Assembly (NCBI GenBank): GCA_015232645.1
Contig: JADFZF010000002.1
Span: 1-59,634 of the forward strand
Length of the DNA: 59,634 bases
Direction: 5' to 3'
From: Magnetococcales bacterium
Lineage (GTDB): Bacteria; Pseudomonadota; Magnetococcia; Magnetococcales; UBA8363
Part shown: positions 1 through 10,090 of the stretch, piece after piece
Numbering within the stretch: position 1 is the first letter of the stretch
Layout: the number at the start of each line of letters is the position of its first letter
Position numbers and translations under genes: made by a program
The notes under the pieces: generated by a model
Databases searched by the model: none
The model's input: only the letters and a program-made list of their open reading frames with translations
What the model was told of the DNA's origin: nothing

Positions 1-149
1 CCACTGGTCGTTGATGCGGATGCTACGCCGCCCCTGACGATTTCTCAGTAAAGTCTCCAGGGGATGCGAAGGTGGAACGTGTATGTCATCAAGGTGGGCT
101 GTCCAAGAAACCCCATCTCGGGGTCTTTGCAGCGAAAGCTTTTGATCAT
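1..149 (-). pseudogene. HigB-like toxin (RelE/ParE superfamily) remnant, cut by the window edge and internally disrupted
   Basis: On the minus strand, ATG at 149 opens MIKSFRCKDPEMGF (family N-terminus MIxSFxxKxxE), but this frame stops after 34 codons. A second frame reads HLDDIHVPPSHPLETLLRNRQGRRSIRINDQW out of the window at nt 1 (family core VPPxNRLExLxGDRxGQxSIRINDQWR). The two conserved blocks are about 4 codons apart and out of frame. Family members as I recall them have about 28 residues between these blocks, so this looks like an internal deletion plus frameshift. Confidence 0.4.
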
Positions 150-1048
150 CCCACCACAATAATACACCGCGTCATATAGGGCTAGACAAAACTCCTAGAT
201 TGTCTGTCATCACCCTGTTCTGGAAATAGACCATCTGCCAAGTTCATACTTTACATTCCATGCGGACTCATATAACATGAAATAGTGCAATACTTGTATT
301 AGTTATTTCATCTAAACTTTGATTAATGGCGTAGGAACAGAAATCGAAACAACAAAAGAACAGATATATTAATTATTATTATCGATGCCAATGGGAAAAC
401 AATTGATCGCCTTAAATATCCCAGAGGAACTTTTGTTGATGGTGATCAAAATGAATTCGATGAATTTGTTGAGCATGTTCGTGAAATCTTAGATAACAAT
501 CAGACGTGAAGTTGAGGTAGTGCTTCAGTTTCATCGTGGCACGATTGTCTAATGATATGAAAAATTGTTGTCATGTAGAAATGGATTATATATATATGAC
601 GACCGGTTGTACCCTATTTATTTTCAGTTATTTTCCAGTTTATTATTTAAGTTTTGAATGAGCTCAAAATAGGTTGGACGCTAACAAAGAAGTCGTTTTG
701 GCGCTGATCATCCGCGATGGCATTTTGTCAGCTCACACATGGACGCAGATACTCTTCACCGCTCTTCGGGTGGCTAAACTGAAACGGATAGGTCTTCCCC
801 AAACACCCTATGGCACAATCATAAGGTCACCCTAAGATTCAATAATTAGAAAAATACACCGTTCGCAGCTTGAGCGATCATTTTTCGACTGGATCTTGGC
901 TGTTTATCTTGCGGAATGCATTTTGATCGGTCTATGATTAATGAACCTCGAAGTAAACCTAGATCGGTTGCCCGTGGGCGGGATTCTCTTTGCCTGGCTC
1001 AGCCCGGGGCAAACTGTAAACACGATTGTTTGTATTATTGGAAAAAAA

Positions 1049-1279
1049 ATGACGCAACAGAACCTGGAGGACTTGAGCTTTGAACAGGCCCTCGCCCGGC
1101 TGGAAGCCATCGTCCGCAGGCTGGAGGAAGGCAACGTCCCTCTTGAGGATGGGTTGGTCGCTTTCGAGGAGGGGACGACCCTGTCTCTGTTGTGCCAACA
1201 ACGTCTGGATACGGCCGAAAGGCGTGTCGAACAGTTACTGGAAAAACTGCCGCCAACGGACGGAACAATCGGAACCTGA
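1049..1279 (+). CDS. xseB: exodeoxyribonuclease VII small subunit
   Basis: The 76-aa product MTQQNLEDLSFEQALARLEAIVRRLEEGNVPLEDGLVAFEEG... matches the XseB pattern (SFEEAL..LE.IV..LE.G.l.LE). I chose ATG 1049 over the upstream in-frame ATG 941, whose extension looks non-coding. The gene order xseB-ispA-dxs is conserved. Confidence 0.9.
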   Translation: MTQQNLEDLSFEQALARLEAIVRRLEEGNVPLEDGLVAFEEGTTLSLLCQQRLDTAERRVEQLLEKLPPTDGTIGT

Positions 1280-1285
1280 AGCGCC

Positions 1286-2170
1286 GTGGATTTGAAACAC
1301 TACCTGCAAACCAATCGGTCCCAGATCGAAACCGCCCTGGAATCATTGCTGCCACGCCCGGATGCACCACCGGTTCGCCTGAATCAGGCGATCCGCCACA
1401 GCCTGATGGGCGGTGGCAAACGGCTGCGTCCGATCCTGGTTTTGGCTAGCGCCGATGCTGTGGGAGGCGATCGGAGCCGACTGTTGCCGTTTGCCTGCGG
1501 TATGGAATGCCTGCACACCTACTCCCTGATCCATGACGATCTGCCCGCCATGGACAACGACGATTATCGTCGCGGTCGCCCTACTTGTCACAAACAATTC
1601 GACGAGGCCACTGCCATCCTGGCGGGAGATGCCCTGCTGACCTTGGCCTTCGAACTGGCCAGCCGTCCCATTGACGGCATCGACCCGGAAGTGGTCCTGA
1701 CGGCAGTGCGACAACTGGCAGTGGATGCCGGATTCGCCGGAATGGTCGGGGGACAGATGCTGGATCTGTTGGCCGAAAATCGCAAGGTGCAGTTGGATGA
1801 GTTGCGCATCATCCATCGCATGAAAACCGGAGCTCTGATCCGCTGCGCCTGTGAAGCGGGAGCTAGACTCGGTGGGGGCAACCCCTCCCAAATCGAAGCG
1901 CTGAAACACTATGGCGCCGCCATCGGTTTGGCCTTTCAGATCACCGATGATCTGCTTGATGTCATCGGTGACAGTCACCTCATGGGCAAAGCCACCGGCA
2001 AGGATCAGGCCAACGCCAAAGCGACCTATCCGGCCATCATGGGAGTCCCTGCCGCCCAAAGCCTAGCCTCCGAGCAGGTACAATCGGCCCTGCGGTGCCT
2101 GGAACCTTTTTCGTCGGTCGCCGATCCCCTGCGAAACCTCGCCCGTTACATCATCGAACGTACCAACTGA
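1286..2170 (+). CDS. ispA: farnesyl diphosphate synthase (geranyltranstransferase)
   Basis: GTG start at 1286. Both aspartate-rich prenyltransferase motifs are present: LIHDDLPAMDNDDYRRGRPT and FQITDDLLD. At 294 aa it sits between xseB and dxs. Confidence 0.9.
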   Translation: MDLKHYLQTNRSQIETALESLLPRPDAPPVRLNQAIRHSLMGGGKRLRPILVLASADAVGGDRSRLLPFACGMECLHTYSLIHDDLPAMDNDDYRRGRPTCHKQFDEATAILAGDALLTLAFELASRPIDGIDPEVVLTAVRQLAVDAGFAGMVGGQMLDLLAENRKVQLDELRIIHRMKTGALIRCACEAGARLGGGNPSQIEALKHYGAAIGLAFQITDDLLDVIGDSHLMGKATGKDQANAKATYPAIMGVPAAQSLASEQVQSALRCLEPFSSVADPLRNLARYIIERTN

Positions 2171-2184
2171 AAACGGGACCTCAC

Positions 2185-4071
2185 ATGCATTCCATTCTGG
2201 AAAAAATAGATAATCCTGCTGCCCTGCGTGCATTACGCGAGGATGAGCTGGTACGTCTGGCCGAAGAACTGCGCGAATTCACCATCGATACCGTCTCCCG
2301 TACCGGTGGACACCTCGGAGCCAGCCTCGGCGTCGTCGAACTGACCATCGCCCTGCACCGGGTTTTCAATACCCCCAAGGATCTGCTGATCTGGGATGTG
2401 GGCCACCAATCCTACCCCCATAAGATTCTGACCGGTCGGCGCAAACAAATGGCTACGCTGCGACAACGGGGTGGCCTGTCAGGGTTCACCAATCGCTCCG
2501 AAAGCCCCTACGACCCCTTCGGTACCGGCCATTCGTCCACCTCCATCTCCGCGGCGTTGGGGTTTGCCATCGCCAACAAGCTCTCCGGCGGTGATCGTTG
2601 GGCCATCGCCGTGATCGGCGATGGCGCCATGTCGGCAGGCATGGCCTTCGAAGCCCTTAATAACGCCGGACGCTATAAAAATGACCTCGACCTCCTGGTG
2701 GTCCTCAATGACAACGAAATGTCCATCTCCAAAAATGTCGGGGCCCTTTCTTCCTATCTGAACCGCATCCTGAGCGGTCCAGTGTATACCCGCCTGAAGG
2801 GGGGAACCAGCAGAGTGCTGGGAGCCATCTCCCTGCCGCTCCTCGATGCCGCCCGCCGCGCCGAAGAACACATGAAGGGAATGCTGATCCCGGGGACCCT
2901 GTTCGAAGAACTGGGAATGAAATATTTCGGCCCCATCGACGGCCATGACTTTCGCCAGTTGCTGCCGACTCTCAAAAATATTCGCGAATTGAATGGACCC
3001 TTGTTGTTGCATGTCGTGACCAGAAAGGGCAAAGGGTTCCACCCTGCCGAAACCAACCCCTGTACCTACCATGGGGTCGCACCATTCGACCGCGCCAAGG
3101 GGGTTCTACCCGCTAATGGCGTCAAACCGACCTATACCCAGGTCTTTTCCGAAACCCTCATTCATCTGGCTGAGAAAAACCCCAAAATTTGCGCCATTAC
3201 CGCCGCTATGCCCGAGGGGACCGGGTTGAACGCCTTCCATGAACGCTTCCCCAGCCGTTTTTTTGATGTTGGCATTGCTGAACAACATGCGGTCACCTTT
3301 GCCGCCGGCTTGGCCTGCGAGGGCTATATTCCGGTGGTGGCCATCTACTCCACCTTTCTGCAACGGGCCTACGACCAGGTCGCCCATGACGTGGTGCTGC
3401 AAAAATTGCCGGTGGTTTTTGCTCTGGATCGGGCGGGAATTGTCGGCGAAGATGGACCAACCCATGGCGGTTTGTATGACCTGACCTACCTGCGTGCCCT
3501 TCCGGAGCTGGTCATCATGGCCCCGGCCGATGAAAACCAGTTGCGACACATGCTGCTCACCGCGGTGATGTTGGGCGGTCCCGCCGCCATCCGTTATCCC
3601 CGCGGTGCCGCCCTCAACCTGGAGGCGCCGCAAGAACCCAAAGCCATTCCCGTGGGGACGGGAAGGGTCTTGTGTCAGGGCGATCAGGCCTCGGTGGTAG
3701 CGGTCGGAACCATGGTGCAACCGGCGCTCATGGCCGCAAAAATCTTGCTTCAGGAAGGGATACGGGTGGGGGTGTATGATCTGCGCTTCCTGAAGCCATT
3801 GGATGTTTCGATGCTGCGTCAGGCCGCAGCGGCTCCGCTGCTGCTGACGGTGGAGGAAAATACCGTCCGCGGTGGAGCCGGGGCGGCGGTCCTGGAATTC
3901 CTCGCGGCCGATGGTGCCCTGGATCGAGGTATCAAGGTGCGCAACCTGGGAGTCCCGGATGCGATCATTCCCCACGGCGCCTCGCAGCCATTACGTCATG
4001 AGTTCCATCTTGACGGCGAGGGGATCGCCGCCGCCATTCGCGCCTCCCTGGGCGGCATCAGTTCGAGTTGA
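2185..4071 (+). CDS. dxs: 1-deoxy-D-xylulose-5-phosphate synthase
   Basis: ATG 2185 gives MHSILEKIDNPAALRAL (typical Dxs N-terminus). Also present: GHLGASLGVVELT, WDVGHQSYPHKILTGR, the TPP motif IGDGAMSAGMAFEALNNAG...VVLNDNEMSIS, and a transketolase-like C-terminal half. The ORF-track start 2095 overlaps the ispA 3' end and is rejected. Confidence 0.95.
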   Translation: MHSILEKIDNPAALRALREDELVRLAEELREFTIDTVSRTGGHLGASLGVVELTIALHRVFNTPKDLLIWDVGHQSYPHKILTGRRKQMATLRQRGGLSGFTNRSESPYDPFGTGHSSTSISAALGFAIANKLSGGDRWAIAVIGDGAMSAGMAFEALNNAGRYKNDLDLLVVLNDNEMSISKNVGALSSYLNRILSGPVYTRLKGGTSRVLGAISLPLLDAARRAEEHMKGMLIPGTLFEELGMKYFGPIDGHDFRQLLPTLKNIRELNGPLLLHVVTRKGKGFHPAETNPCTYHGVAPFDRAKGVLPANGVKPTYTQVFSETLIHLAEKNPKICAITAAMPEGTGLNAFHERFPSRFFDVGIAEQHAVTFAAGLACEGYIPVVAIYSTFLQRAYDQVAHDVVLQKLPVVFALDRAGIVGEDGPTHGGLYDLTYLRALPELVIMAPADENQLRHMLLTAVMLGGPAAIRYPRGAALNLEAPQEPKAIPVGTGRVLCQGDQASVVAVGTMVQPALMAAKILLQEGIRVGVYDLRFLKPLDVSMLRQAAAAPLLLTVEENTVRGGAGAAVLEFLAADGALDRGIKVRNLGVPDAIIPHGASQPLRHEFHLDGEGIAAAIRASLGGISSS

Positions 4072-4213
4072 TTTCGAACTGTTCAGATCCCCCAGGTTCC
4101 AAATCATTGACAAACTGGGGTCTTGGTGATTTCTCCAAAGGTCTTGATCTTGATTTTGTCCTTGTCGTTGTATTGGCTCTTTTCGCACCCTTCAGCCATG
4201 GAGAGAAATAAAT

Positions 4214-4582
4214 ATGAATAATATGATTCATGAAATAATAAAAATTATAACTCTGTCTGCGAGCCTTTTCGCAGCCCCCGGTGCATGGGCCATCGGTGCC
4301 ATCGCCATTGACAACCAACTGGGTGATGATGAACCGGCCTTCGGGGTCTCAGTCGGAGAGGATGACAAGGAGTCGGCCAAAAAGGCCGCCCTGAAATACT
4401 GCCGCCAGGCCGGTGGTGAGAATTGCCAGTTTATCGTGTGGTTTGAGACCTGCGGGGCCGTAGCCGTCTCCAAAAAATACTACGGCTACGGATACGGCAG
4501 CACCAAAGCCAAGGCAACAGGGGATGCCTTGGAAATGTGCAACAACAACAACTGCAACATCGTGGCGGCCGAGTGCGAATAA
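4214..4582 (+). CDS. secreted DUF4189-family protein
   Basis: The N-terminal signal peptide is IIKIITLSASLFAAPGAWA. The body is two repeats of the DUF4189 pattern: GAIAID...G.S.G....esA..aAL..C...G..C.ivvwF..CGAvAvS....YGyGyGst...A...AL..C....C.Iv...C. Confidence 0.7.
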   Translation: MNNMIHEIIKIITLSASLFAAPGAWAIGAIAIDNQLGDDEPAFGVSVGEDDKESAKKAALKYCRQAGGENCQFIVWFETCGAVAVSKKYYGYGYGSTKAKATGDALEMCNNNNCNIVAAECE

Positions 4583-4598
4583 ATCCGACCGGTGGGTA

Positions 4599-4643
4599 GG
4601 ATGGGTCGGGGAAGAGGGGCGATCCTCTCCCCCTTCCCCGATC
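4599..4643. repeat. REP-like GC-rich palindromic element, copy A; likely bidirectional terminator
   Basis: GGATGGGTCGGGGAAGAGGGGCGATCCTCTCCCCCTTCCCCGATC. The stem CGGGGAAG(A)GGGG pairs with CCCCTTCCCCG. It sits between the convergent stops at 4582 and 4644 and shares the GGATGGGTCxGGGAAG...CCCTTCCCxG core with five other copies. Confidence 0.6.
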
Positions 4644-6017
4644 TCACGCGAGGTAGTGCAGCAGCCGCACCAACCCTTCGGTACCGGTATGGAAAGTGGG
4701 CAGATGTTGATTTTCATTGGGCGAATGGGGCCGGGAATCGGCCAGGCCAAAACCCAGCAGCAAGGTATCCAGGCCGAACATCTCTTTCATCTTGGCAACG
4801 ATGGGGATGGTCCCCCCCTCCCCGACGATATACGTCTGATGTTTAAAACTTTCGCTCAACGCCCTCCTGGCGGCCCGAAACGAAGGCAGGTCGTCGGCAA
4901 AGCGGATACCGGGGCTTCCACCCTTGGGACGCACCATCTCCACCTGAACACAGGCGGGTGCCAGAGATTGAAAAAATGCTGCCGTTCTGGCGGCAATCAC
5001 GTCCGGGGACTGGTTGGGAACCAAACGCATGGATAGTTTGGCATGGGCCTTGGAGGGCAGCACCGTTTTGGATCCCGGTCCGATAAACCCACCCCACATG
5101 CCGTTGATTTCAAATGTAGGCCGATGCCAGACCCTTTCCAGGATGGAAAACCCCTCCTCGCCCCAGGACTGCCCGACACCAACGTCGGCTAGATAGTTCT
5201 CGGAGGCAAATGGCAGTCCCGCCAACTGCTGCCGCATGGAATGGGGAATATCCTGGACTTCGTCATAAAAACCGGGAATCTGGATGCGCCCACTCTGATC
5301 CTTGACCGCTGCCAGCAGGCGCGCCATGATCTCCAAAGGGTTGGCAATCGCACCGCCAAAACTCCCCGAATGCAGATCACACTTCGGACCGGTAACGGTC
5401 ATTTCCAGCCGAACCAGTCCCCGCAACGAGGTGGTGATGGCCGGCATCCCTTCGCCCCACATGGATGAGTCGGAGATGATGGCCAAGTCGGCGCGCAAAA
5501 GGTCTCTGTTGGTTTCAAGAAACGCCTCCAGATGCGGACTGCCGATCTCCTCCTCGCCTTCGATCAAAAAGACCACATTGACAGGCAACGATCCCGTCGT
5601 CTTGAGAATCGCCTCCACCGCATGAATGTGCATGAGGATCTGCCCTTTGTCATCGGTGGCCCCGCGGGCAAACACCCGGTCATCGGTCACATGCGGTTCA
5701 AAAGGGGGGTGGTGCCATAGTTCCAGGGGATCGACCGGCTGCACATCATAATGACCGTAAATCAAAACTGTTGGCAAACGCGGGTCCCTCTTCCACGAGG
5801 CGGTGACGATGGGAGGTCCCGCATGCTCGTGGATGGCGACATGATCCAGGGACGCCGCGGTCAGTAGTGCTGCGGTATATTTGGCGCACTCCAGCAAGTC
5901 ACCACCATGCTCAGGGAGGCTGGAAATGGATGGCAGTTCCAGATATCGACAAAATTCATCCAGATGCCGATTTCTGGATTCGCGAAGATAGGTCAAGGAA
6001 CGATCTATTCCCGACAT
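4644..6017 (-). CDS. M20-family metallopeptidase (dipeptidase / ArgE-DapE-like)
   Basis: 457 aa. Contains LIYGHYDVQPVDPLELWHHPPFEPHVTDDRVFARGATDDKGQ (metal-binding H and D, catalytic DDKG block), the GEEEIGS metal-ligand block, and a C-terminal SPNE..H motif. Confidence 0.8.
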   Translation of the reverse strand: MSGIDRSLTYLRESRNRHLDEFCRYLELPSISSLPEHGGDLLECAKYTAALLTAASLDHVAIHEHAGPPIVTASWKRDPRLPTVLIYGHYDVQPVDPLELWHHPPFEPHVTDDRVFARGATDDKGQILMHIHAVEAILKTTGSLPVNVVFLIEGEEEIGSPHLEAFLETNRDLLRADLAIISDSSMWGEGMPAITTSLRGLVRLEMTVTGPKCDLHSGSFGGAIANPLEIMARLLAAVKDQSGRIQIPGFYDEVQDIPHSMRQQLAGLPFASENYLADVGVGQSWGEEGFSILERVWHRPTFEINGMWGGFIGPGSKTVLPSKAHAKLSMRLVPNQSPDVIAARTAAFFQSLAPACVQVEMVRPKGGSPGIRFADDLPSFRAARRALSESFKHQTYIVGEGGTIPIVAKMKEMFGLDTLLLGFGLADSRPHSPNENQHLPTFHTGTEGLVRLLHYLA

Positions 6018-6147
6018 GGCGTTTCCACTCGATGACGATGGATTGATGATTGATCCCGAAAGCGGCCGGTTGGGTAACAGCCAGCCGACGGAAGCCGCGG
6101 GAGGTTCGAAGACTCTCCAGCCGTTGATGCCTCGCGCCGCCGCCCAG

Positions 6148-6666
6148 TCAAGTCTCCACTATTTCCTTCGGGTGTCTGACCCACATGACCGTACCACAAC
6201 CAGGGGTGAGTTTGGTCCAATCGGAAGGGAGCTTCAGCAAGGCTAAGGAAGCGGTCTTGATCAGTTCCTGATCCGCCGACACATCGGATGTTCGTCCGCC
6301 CAGATAGGTCAGAAGAAATTCCAATCCAGGATTGTGACCGATCAGAAGGGTAAGGTTAAATCGTTCAGGAACCTTGGACAGCACCTCAAGCAGATCTTTC
6401 AGGTCGGCGTTGTAGATGGCCGGGTTCCATTCGATCGCTTCTTCTGCCAGTCCCAATGATTGACAGACAAGGGAAGCGGTATGCTGGGCCCGCTGTGCCG
6501 GGCTGGCCACCACGTGGTCGGGGATATGACCGGCTGAACGCATCCATCTTCCCATCTTTGGGGCGTCCCGCAATCCCCGATTGGCCAAAGGCCGTTGATA
6601 ATCAGATAGATCAGGGTTATCCCATGAAGATTTGGCGTGGCGCATGATCAAGAGTTGTCTCGACAT
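6148..6666 (-). CDS. sixA: SixA-like phosphohistidine phosphatase (histidine phosphatase superfamily)
   Basis: LLIMRHAKSSW carries the RHG-type catalytic motif, followed by RPLANRGLRDAP and LLIGHNPGLEFLL (the second catalytic His). About 170 aa. I prefer ATG 6666 (MSRQLLIMRH) to the GTG at 6699, but the start is uncertain. Confidence 0.65.
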   Translation of the reverse strand: MSRQLLIMRHAKSSWDNPDLSDYQRPLANRGLRDAPKMGRWMRSAGHIPDHVVASPAQRAQHTASLVCQSLGLAEEAIEWNPAIYNADLKDLLEVLSKVPERFNLTLLIGHNPGLEFLLTYLGGRTSDVSADQELIKTASLALLKLPSDWTKLTPGCGTVMWVRHPKEIVET

Positions 6667-6952
6667 ATCCGTGACCTGTACATGGTGCCTCTTGGGCACA
6701 CCCGAAAACCTGACACGACCAGGGCGGCCTCTCCATTCCTGCGGGAAGAGGCACTGGTCAGGATGCCACCTGCGGAAACGCTGTCTTCATATTATATATA
6801 GATAATACACGCTATTCCCAGTTTAATTCTTACCGATCTTGGTCCATCGAGCTATTTTTCTGTTTTTTACCAAGAGTGGTTTCCGTGATCATCCTTGGGA
6901 TCAAACCGGACCAATCGATGGTAACCGTTGGATTAGGTGGCGAAAAATTACA

Positions 6953-8110
6953 TTATGGATTTGGTGTTGCGGGAAAAGATCGGGCTGGAGGATCGCGAAA
7001 CAAGGTGATCATGAAGGTCGCCCCGCCATCCCGGTTGTTGACCGCCTCCAACAAACCATGATGATGGGTGACGATACGCTGGGCAATGGCCAACCCCAAC
7101 CCCACTCCCTTGCCGGATTCGCCCAGGGACGATGAAGAGAAAGGAAAAAAAATGGAAGGCAATTCTTCCGCGACAATTCCGGGACCGGAATCCATGATAC
7201 GGATTCTGATGCGGTCAGGCAACTCATCGACAGCGACTTGAACCACGGCGCCGTGTGGGCTGAGGGCCGTGGCATTGGCCAACAATTCCGTCAATACGCG
7301 CACGAATCCATCGCGATCCACCTTCACCATACAGGGGGGATCGAAACGTTCCAGCAGTCGCACTTGCCGACACTGGAGTTCATCGAGAACATTGGCCCTG
7401 GCCCGTTGCAACAGTTTGGCCAGATCGTAGGGCTGGAGGTCCAAAGTGCCGTGGTTGGCCTCCAGTAGGGCGAGATCGGTCAGACGATTGATCATTCGAT
7501 CGAGGCGCTCAGCGCTTTCGAGTAAACGCACCAATGGAATCCGCGCCGCCTGATTGTGATCGTCGTCACGCAATTCTCTGGCCAGCGACGCCAGATGGCC
7601 CAAAGACTGCTGCAGCGGCGCTTTCAGATGATGGCCGAGGCGTAGCAACAGACGGTCCTTCAGTTGCGCCGCGCGAACTTCAGCCGCTGCCAGGACTTCG
7701 GCTCGGTGAGCTCTGTCTTCGGCGGCCCGGAGCCGAAACAGACGGCGGATGACCACTTCCAGGAAGTCGGGATCAAATGGTTTGGGGATGAAATCGTTTG
7801 CCCCTGAACGAAAACATTGGACGGCCACCGTCTGGTTGGGGTCCGCGGTCAGAATGACAACCGGAGTCGTATGGCCCTGCTGCCGCAACAGGGTCAGCAT
7901 CGCAAGCCCACTCATACCAGGCATATGGTGGTCGAGAACGATCAAATCGGGATGTTCCCGGGCAACCTCCTCCAGGCCCGATGGCCCATCCGCCGCTTCA
8001 TGGACGATGTAATCCCAGGATTCGAGATACATTCTCAGCATGGAGCGAATTTCGACATGGTCATCCACCACCAGAATGCGATTTTGTTTACCATTTTGGT
8101 GATCATTCAT
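6953..8110 (-). CDS. receiver (REC) - histidine kinase fusion protein
   Basis: ATG 8110 (MNDHQNGKQNRILVVDDHVEIR) overlaps the upstream stop as ATGA. The REC domain shows DD, LIVLDHHMPGMSG and PKPF. The H-box region is LGHHLKAPLQ. The HATPase shows LTELLANA, DSGPGI and GVGLGLAIAQ. Confidence 0.8.
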   Translation of the reverse strand: MNDHQNGKQNRILVVDDHVEIRSMLRMYLESWDYIVHEAADGPSGLEEVAREHPDLIVLDHHMPGMSGLAMLTLLRQQGHTTPVVILTADPNQTVAVQCFRSGANDFIPKPFDPDFLEVVIRRLFRLRAAEDRAHRAEVLAAAEVRAAQLKDRLLLRLGHHLKAPLQQSLGHLASLARELRDDDHNQAARIPLVRLLESAERLDRMINRLTDLALLEANHGTLDLQPYDLAKLLQRARANVLDELQCRQVRLLERFDPPCMVKVDRDGFVRVLTELLANATALSPHGAVVQVAVDELPDRIRIRIMDSGPGIVAEELPSIFFPFSSSSLGESGKGVGLGLAIAQRIVTHHHGLLEAVNNRDGGATFMITLFRDPPARSFPATPNP

Positions 8111-9786
8111 GACTGCTGCCTCCACGCGGGAACGGTAAAATAAAAGCAGGCCCCCTCCCCCACACGGCTGGTCGCATGAATCTGGCCGCCATGAAGTTCC
8201 ACCAAACGCTTGGTCACTGCCAGTCCAAGCCCGGTGCCCCCCGCTTTGCGGGTGGGAGATTGGTCCACCTGATAAAAACATTGAAAAATCGACTCCAGTT
8301 CATGCTCTGGAAGGCCGGTACCGGTATCGGCCACGCACAGTTCGACCATGGTTTCCAGGGGACGGGAGCGGATGACGATTTCTCCCTGACTGGTAAATTT
8401 AATGGCGTTGCCGATCAGGTTGATCAAGATCTGGCGCAGGCGCAGCTCGTCGGCTTCGATCCATTCGGGACCACACAGGTTGCGCATTCCGACCCCTTTC
8501 TCTTCACTTCTGAGGCCCAACGAGTCCACGATCTCCTGGACGGTGGCTGCGACGGCAACGGGTTTCAAAGTCAGATCGATTTTCCCCGCCTCGATTTTGG
8601 CGATGTCGAGCAGATCGTTGATCAGAGTCAGGAGATGGGTACCGCTTTTTTTCATTTCCATCGCCATATGGCTGAATTTTTCCAACATCCGATGGAAATG
8701 ATCACGCGACTCGGATTGGTTGGCCAGGGATTCCATCACTTTTTTTGCGACGGGTAGTTTGAGCGGATCGATCAACAACGGCAGGTAGCCCAAAATGATG
8801 GTCAATGGGGTCCGCAATTCGTGACTCATCATGTTGAGGAATTCCGACTTGGCCCGATTGGCGGTATCCGCCGCCTCCTTGGCGTGTTTGAGAGCCAGTT
8901 CTGTTTGTCGGTGACTGATGCCGAGCGCCCATTCATTGGCAATGCAGGCCAGGGCTTTGAAGGTGTTGTCTGACAGAGTTTGGCGGGAAAACATCCCCAG
9001 CACCCCGATCAGGTGGTCCTCCACCACCAGAGGAAAACCGGCGAATGCCACCATCCCTTCACTTTTGGCCCATTGTTGCTGAGGAATCCTCGGATCGCCA
9101 ATGACCTGATTAGTCAGATGGGGAGTTCGGGACAGGGCAATCTGACCGATTTTGAATGCCCCGATGGGAATACGGGCGTGTGCCCCATCCAGATGGGTGT
9201 AGAGGCCGGAACTGACACGGAGTATCAGCATATTGGTCTCGGGGTCGAACATCCAAATTCTGGCGAAGGCGATTCCCAATCGGGCCACCAGTAGTTGCGT
9301 ACCCGCCTGGAGCAATTCTTCGAGAGTGCTGCTATTGACGAGTATCCCCCCCATTTCGGCGCGCAGCCGTGCCAGAAGGAGATGTTCCTCGATGGTCAGG
9401 TCGGCCAATTTTTTTTTGGTAATATCCACGATGGAGCCGACGAACAGCGGACGATCCCGGATTCTGGCGACGCCCACCGCCAGCCACATGGGGAACATCT
9501 CGCCGTTTTTTCGCAACCCCACCACCTCGCGGCCAATACCGATTATTTTTTTGATCCCGGATTGCTGAAAGGCCTGAAGATAACCGTCATGTTGGGAACG
9601 ATAGGGTTCCGGCATCAACACGTTGACATTTTGCCCGATGATCTCATGCTCGGCATAGCCAAACATCACCGCGGCGGCGGGATTCATCGATTCGACCAAG
9701 CCAAGGTGGTCGATGACGATCATGCCATTGACCGCCACCTGAAAAATGGCCTGTTCTCGTTCGTTGATCCAGGTGGTATCGATCAT
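8107..9786 (-). CDS. PAS-GAF sensor histidine kinase
   Basis: N-terminal PAS (IVIDHLGLVESMNPAAAVMFGYAEHEIIGQNVNVLMPEP...HDGY), then a GAF-like region, HisKA MSHELRTPLTII, and HATPase [25 protein letters not shown]. Confidence 0.85.
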   Translation of the reverse strand: MIDTTWINEREQAIFQVAVNGMIVIDHLGLVESMNPAAAVMFGYAEHEIIGQNVNVLMPEPYRSQHDGYLQAFQQSGIKKIIGIGREVVGLRKNGEMFPMWLAVGVARIRDRPLFVGSIVDITKKKLADLTIEEHLLLARLRAEMGGILVNSSTLEELLQAGTQLLVARLGIAFARIWMFDPETNMLILRVSSGLYTHLDGAHARIPIGAFKIGQIALSRTPHLTNQVIGDPRIPQQQWAKSEGMVAFAGFPLVVEDHLIGVLGMFSRQTLSDNTFKALACIANEWALGISHRQTELALKHAKEAADTANRAKSEFLNMMSHELRTPLTIILGYLPLLIDPLKLPVAKKVMESLANQSESRDHFHRMLEKFSHMAMEMKKSGTHLLTLINDLLDIAKIEAGKIDLTLKPVAVAATVQEIVDSLGLRSEEKGVGMRNLCGPEWIEADELRLRQILINLIGNAIKFTSQGEIVIRSRPLETMVELCVADTGTGLPEHELESIFQCFYQVDQSPTRKAGGTGLGLAVTKRLVELHGGQIHATSRVGEGACFYFTVPAWRQQS

Positions 9787-10090
9787 AAACCATGGACAAA
9801 AATCATGAAACGGGATCCCGGTTCGCTCCGGGGCGACAAAGGCTCGGGGCAGGTCATGAGGCCACTCCCTACCCGGATCCAGACGAAAAATTTTCGTATC
9901 CTGGACTGAATGATTATCCGATGCCTACAATCATCATCGCACGATCCACCAAAAGTATCAATAGAATTTCATTCCTTTCATAGTTATAAGGTCCAATGGT
10001 TCATCTGCTCCCTTGACGTCCCCGGCAATTGGCATACGATAAAGCTGCGCTCCACCGAACCCCCAAAACCATCCGAATCGTGCTTACGCT

